DNA of 64,000 bases, taken from assembly GCA_039809385.1 (NCBI GenBank), contig JBDHUY010000002.1:132058-196057 (forward strand), read 5' to 3'. The notes beneath the pieces are model-generated. The model worked only from the letters and a program-made list of their open reading frames with translations. It made no database searches and had not been told where the DNA came from. Positions 62,101-64,000 of the stretch are shown one piece after another. The DNA is from Candidatus Altimarinota bacterium. GTDB taxonomy: Bacteria > Patescibacteriota > Gracilibacteria > JBDHUY01. The first letter of the stretch is position 1. Every line of letters starts with the position of its first letter. The translations under genes and the position numbers were made by a program.

Positions 62101-64000
62101 GTTATTAGCGATCGGAACATCGTTAATCGAGTTTACCGTAATGGTTACGAGCACGATATTGCTCAGAGCTCCACCGGAATACCCCACTTCCGGATCTTGG
62201 GCCTGATAGCTGAAAGTATCGATACCATGAAAATCGACATCGGGGGAATAACTGAACGAACCATCGTTATTGAGCACGAGCGTTCCGTGCGTGACATCGT
62301 CCACGAGTACCGCGGTGATATTGTCTCCGTCGGCATCAGTATCGTTGGTCAAAACTCCGGCGGCAGCTTCATCCAGTGCTCCGTCTTCATCCACAATGTA
62401 ACTATCAGTATTGGCAATGGGAGCATCGTTAATGTTATTGACGGTAATAAAAACCGTTGCGGTATCGGTTCCACCGTTGCCGTCTGAAATACTATAGGTA
62501 AATGAATCGGAGCCGGAATAGTTAGTATCGGGTGTATATTCGATGAAGTCGTCACTCGAAAAGAGCGGAGTTCCGTTATTGTTAATCGTTGCCGTGCCAT
62601 GAGTAGGTGGCATGAGAATATCGACCAGGATTAAGGTATCGCTGTCTGGATCGGTATCGCTTCCCAGAACGTCAATCGTATTGGATATGCTATCCTCATC
62701 AACCGTGACAGTATCGTCGTTCGCCTCCGGATCATCGTTGACCTCAGTAATATTGAGGGTAACAGTTACCACATTACTATCATCATTACCATCATTGGCT
62801 TGGTAGGTGAAACTGTCCGTCCCGTTAAAGTTCGCATCCGGTACATACGTAAAGCTGCCATCAGAGTTCAACGTCAGCGTTCCATTCGTTACATCTGTGA
62901 TCAGGATTGCACTTAATGTGTCACCTTCCGTATCCGTATCGTTGGTTAATACTCCAACCGCCGGTTCACTCAATGTTCCGTCCTCATCCAAAGTATACGT
63001 ATCGTCGGTTCCAAAAGGTGCATCGTTCACCGCACTTACGTTCAACGTTACCGTTACCACATTACTATCATCGTTACCATCGTTTGCTTGGTAGGTGAAA
63101 CTGTCCGTCCCGTTAAAGTTCGCATCCGGTACATACGTAAAACTGCCATCCGAATTTAACGTAAGCGTTCCGTGCGTTACATCTGTGATCAGGGCTGCAC
63201 TTAATGTGTCACCTTCCGTATCCGTGTCGTTGGTTAATACTCCAGTCGCCGGTTCACTCAATGTTCCGTCCTCATCCAAAGTATACGTATCGTCGGTTCC
63301 AAAAGGTGCATCGTTCACTGCGGTTACGTTCAACGTTACTGTCACCACATTCCCGTTATCCGTTCCGTCATTAGGATAATATGTGAAACTGTCACTTCCG
63401 TTAAAGTTCGCATCCGGTACATACGTGAAACTGCCATCTGAGTTCAAAGTAAGCGTTCCGTTCGTTACATCTGTGATCAGGACTGCACTTAATGTGTCAC
63501 CTTCCGTATCCGTGTCGTTGGTTAATACTCCAGCCGCCGGTTCACTCAATGTTCCATCCTCGTTTAACGTATACGTATCGTCAATTCCAAAAGGTGCATC
63601 GTTCACCGCACTTACATTTAATGTCACCGTCACCACATTACTATCATCGTTACCATCGTTTGCTTGGTAGGTGAAACTGTCCGTCCCGTTAAAGTTCGCA
63701 TCCGGTACATACGTGAAACTGCCATCTGAGTTCAAAGTCAAAGTACCATTCGTTACATCTGTGATCAGGATTGCACTTAATGTGTCACCTTCCGTATCCG
63801 TGTCGTTGGTTAATACGCCAGCCGCCGGTTCGTTCAATGTTCCATCCTCGTTTAACGTATATGTATCGTCAGTTCCAAAAGGTGCATCGTTTACAGAACT
63901 AACCGTAATCGTCACGCTTCCGGTTGCCGTCTCTCCCAATTCGTTCTGGATCACATAGCTAAACGTATCCGTTCCGTTAAAGTTACTGTCAGGTGTATAC
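59185..64000 (-). CDS. Giant surface protein: tandem ~96-aa Ig/cadherin-like (tandem-95) repeats plus C-terminal SLH domains; 5' end beyond the window
   Basis: Repeats VNDAP...DD.Y...ED...GVL.NDTD..GD.L...GTL.LNSDGSFTY.PD.NFNGTDSFTY; Gly/Ser linker; SLH-like FKDT..TRAD and FDDV..GYEDDTFHP..RRDD. The frame is open to the window edge. Confidence 0.93.
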   Translation of the reverse strand, partial: YTPDSNFNGTDTFSYVIQNELGETATGSVTITVSSVNDAPFGTDDTYTLNEDGTLNEPAAGVLTNDTDTEGDTLSAILITDVTNGTLTLNSDGSFTYVPDANFNGTDSFTYQANDGNDDSNVVTVTLNVSAVNDAPFGIDDTYTLNEDGTLSEPAAGVLTNDTDTEGDTLSAVLITDVTNGTLTLNSDGSFTYVPDANFNGSDSFTYYPNDGTDNGNVVTVTLNVTAVNDAPFGTDDTYTLDEDGTLSEPATGVLTNDTDTEGDTLSAALITDVTHGTLTLNSDGSFTYVPDANFNGTDSFTYQANDGNDDSNVVTVTLNVSAVNDAPFGTDDTYTLDEDGTLSEPAVGVLTNDTDTEGDTLSAILITDVTNGTLTLNSDGSFTYVPDANFNGTDSFTYQANDGNDDSNVVTVTLNITEVNDDPEANDDTVTVDEDSISNTIDVLGSDTDPDSDTLILVDILMPPTHGTATINNNGTPLFSSDDFIEYTPDTNYSGSDSFTYSISDGNGGTDTATVFITVNNINDAPIANTDSYIVDEDGALDEAAAGVLTNDTDADGDNITAVLVDDVTHGTLVLNNDGSFSYSPDVDFHGIDTFSYQAQDPEVGYSGGALSNIVLVTITVNSINDVPIANNDSYSLDEDGTLDESAAGVLTNDTDPDGDSITAVLVDDVTHGTLVLNSDGSFTYTPDANFNGTDMFTYHISDGSTVSSDATVILNVSSVTDDPVANDDDFEVDEDGILSVAAPGILGNDENPDGLSLAVHIDTQPAHGTLSVNNDGSLTYTPDADFAGMDTFTYCFEQDPGPQTSLPYTSPFASLGLIETAHAQSSCLTPPAQVTVTVHPLNDTPVANDDSLNVNEDTPLTFSPTDLLGNDTDPDQDTLDVTTLTLPGHGTLFENGDGTLTYIPDPNYSGADSFTYTITDGHGGTATASVSITIASLNDTPLVLDDSYTVEENGQLTVDSTLGVLHNDQDDDGDVLSVTIETQPQHGTLQLNSDGSFTYTPNPDFSGTDQFEYTTSDGHGGGASATVRITVQNGNTAPQASSQILATLKNRSLPIVLGGSDPDSDPLTWNVVTQPAHGTLTGSGQNVVYTPAPNFLGEDTFTYVVNDGQVNSSQGVIRIVVTAPSSGGGGGGGSSIILGSNGSGSSSEETNSSSPGGNGNSTSLPGHYSDIAQGGYETDFNAAVGTLIDPVNNNQIALLKSKDGNSLMFSIDRDGDVQEAGDTLLAEKQYNVLKEQDMAVSDFSKEVHYVIMNFGKFSMGFPDGTILNRPDKQNNPLFKVEVMRIENESYLKEPTPESVRTSSTPFVPITPYAYSFTVMNSADRAVRSFFRPVDLYMPMPESVPDTLFYDVVFYRIVEGQMIAVPTIYNPETRQLKGITHTPDTYYVGINRNLRRYNDVIENYENPINRNIYNLSSSNIVSGYAAKPGWYGPEQCVLRSELVKMAVGSFDIPSPGYAFEPFKDTPVGAWFTTYVVRAVNTAVLSTAQEYFHPGVCVTRADAVKIMVLSGNFPYQYYDDGSAVFDDVPSDAFYRPYLAYARLFGIVRGYEDDTFHPQENLRRDDVTSILARAILQHGRNGRYYLQMWEKTMNFNGDDQKRVQK
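62760..63900. repeat. Four near-identical 288-bp coding tandem repeats
   Basis: Shadow ORFs start at 62807, 63095, 63383 and 63671, an exact 288-bp period; the units are nearly identical at DNA level. Confidence 0.93.

Overview
A 64-kb bacterial chromosomal window, most consistent with a Patescibacteria/CPR organism of the Peregrinibacteria-like group. This is inferred from SLH proteins, pilin-like genes, tRNA-Arg(UCG), absent Shine-Dalgarno motifs and TGA used as stop (code 11). Housekeeping content is lepA, dnaX, fmt, rbfA, a DHH phosphoesterase, a dGTPase, rpmB, an F1Fo ATP synthase operon with atpC displaced, recA/recX, folD, lepB, uvrA, recR and two tRNAs. Accessory content is large orphan proteins, an orphan antitoxin, a REP-associated tyrosine transposase (RAYT) with its palindromes, a pilin-like cluster and a giant tandem-repeat/SLH surface protein running off the window end. 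Four signals stand out. (1) Both tRNA genes have an adjacent degenerate copy in which part of the anticodon arm is replaced by the same 14-bp palindrome. (2) lepA carries an in-frame 80-codon segment built from nested palindromes and 7-bp repeats. (3) 7-bp-period tracts abut many start codons and form 'empty' inverted elements. (4) A hydrolase-less RelA/SpoT synthetase is translationally coupled to an output-less PAS-PAS-PAS-GAF sensor, converging on a frameshifted methyltransferase. No CRISPR, rRNA, integrase or reverse transcriptase was seen. All calls were made by eye, without database searches.
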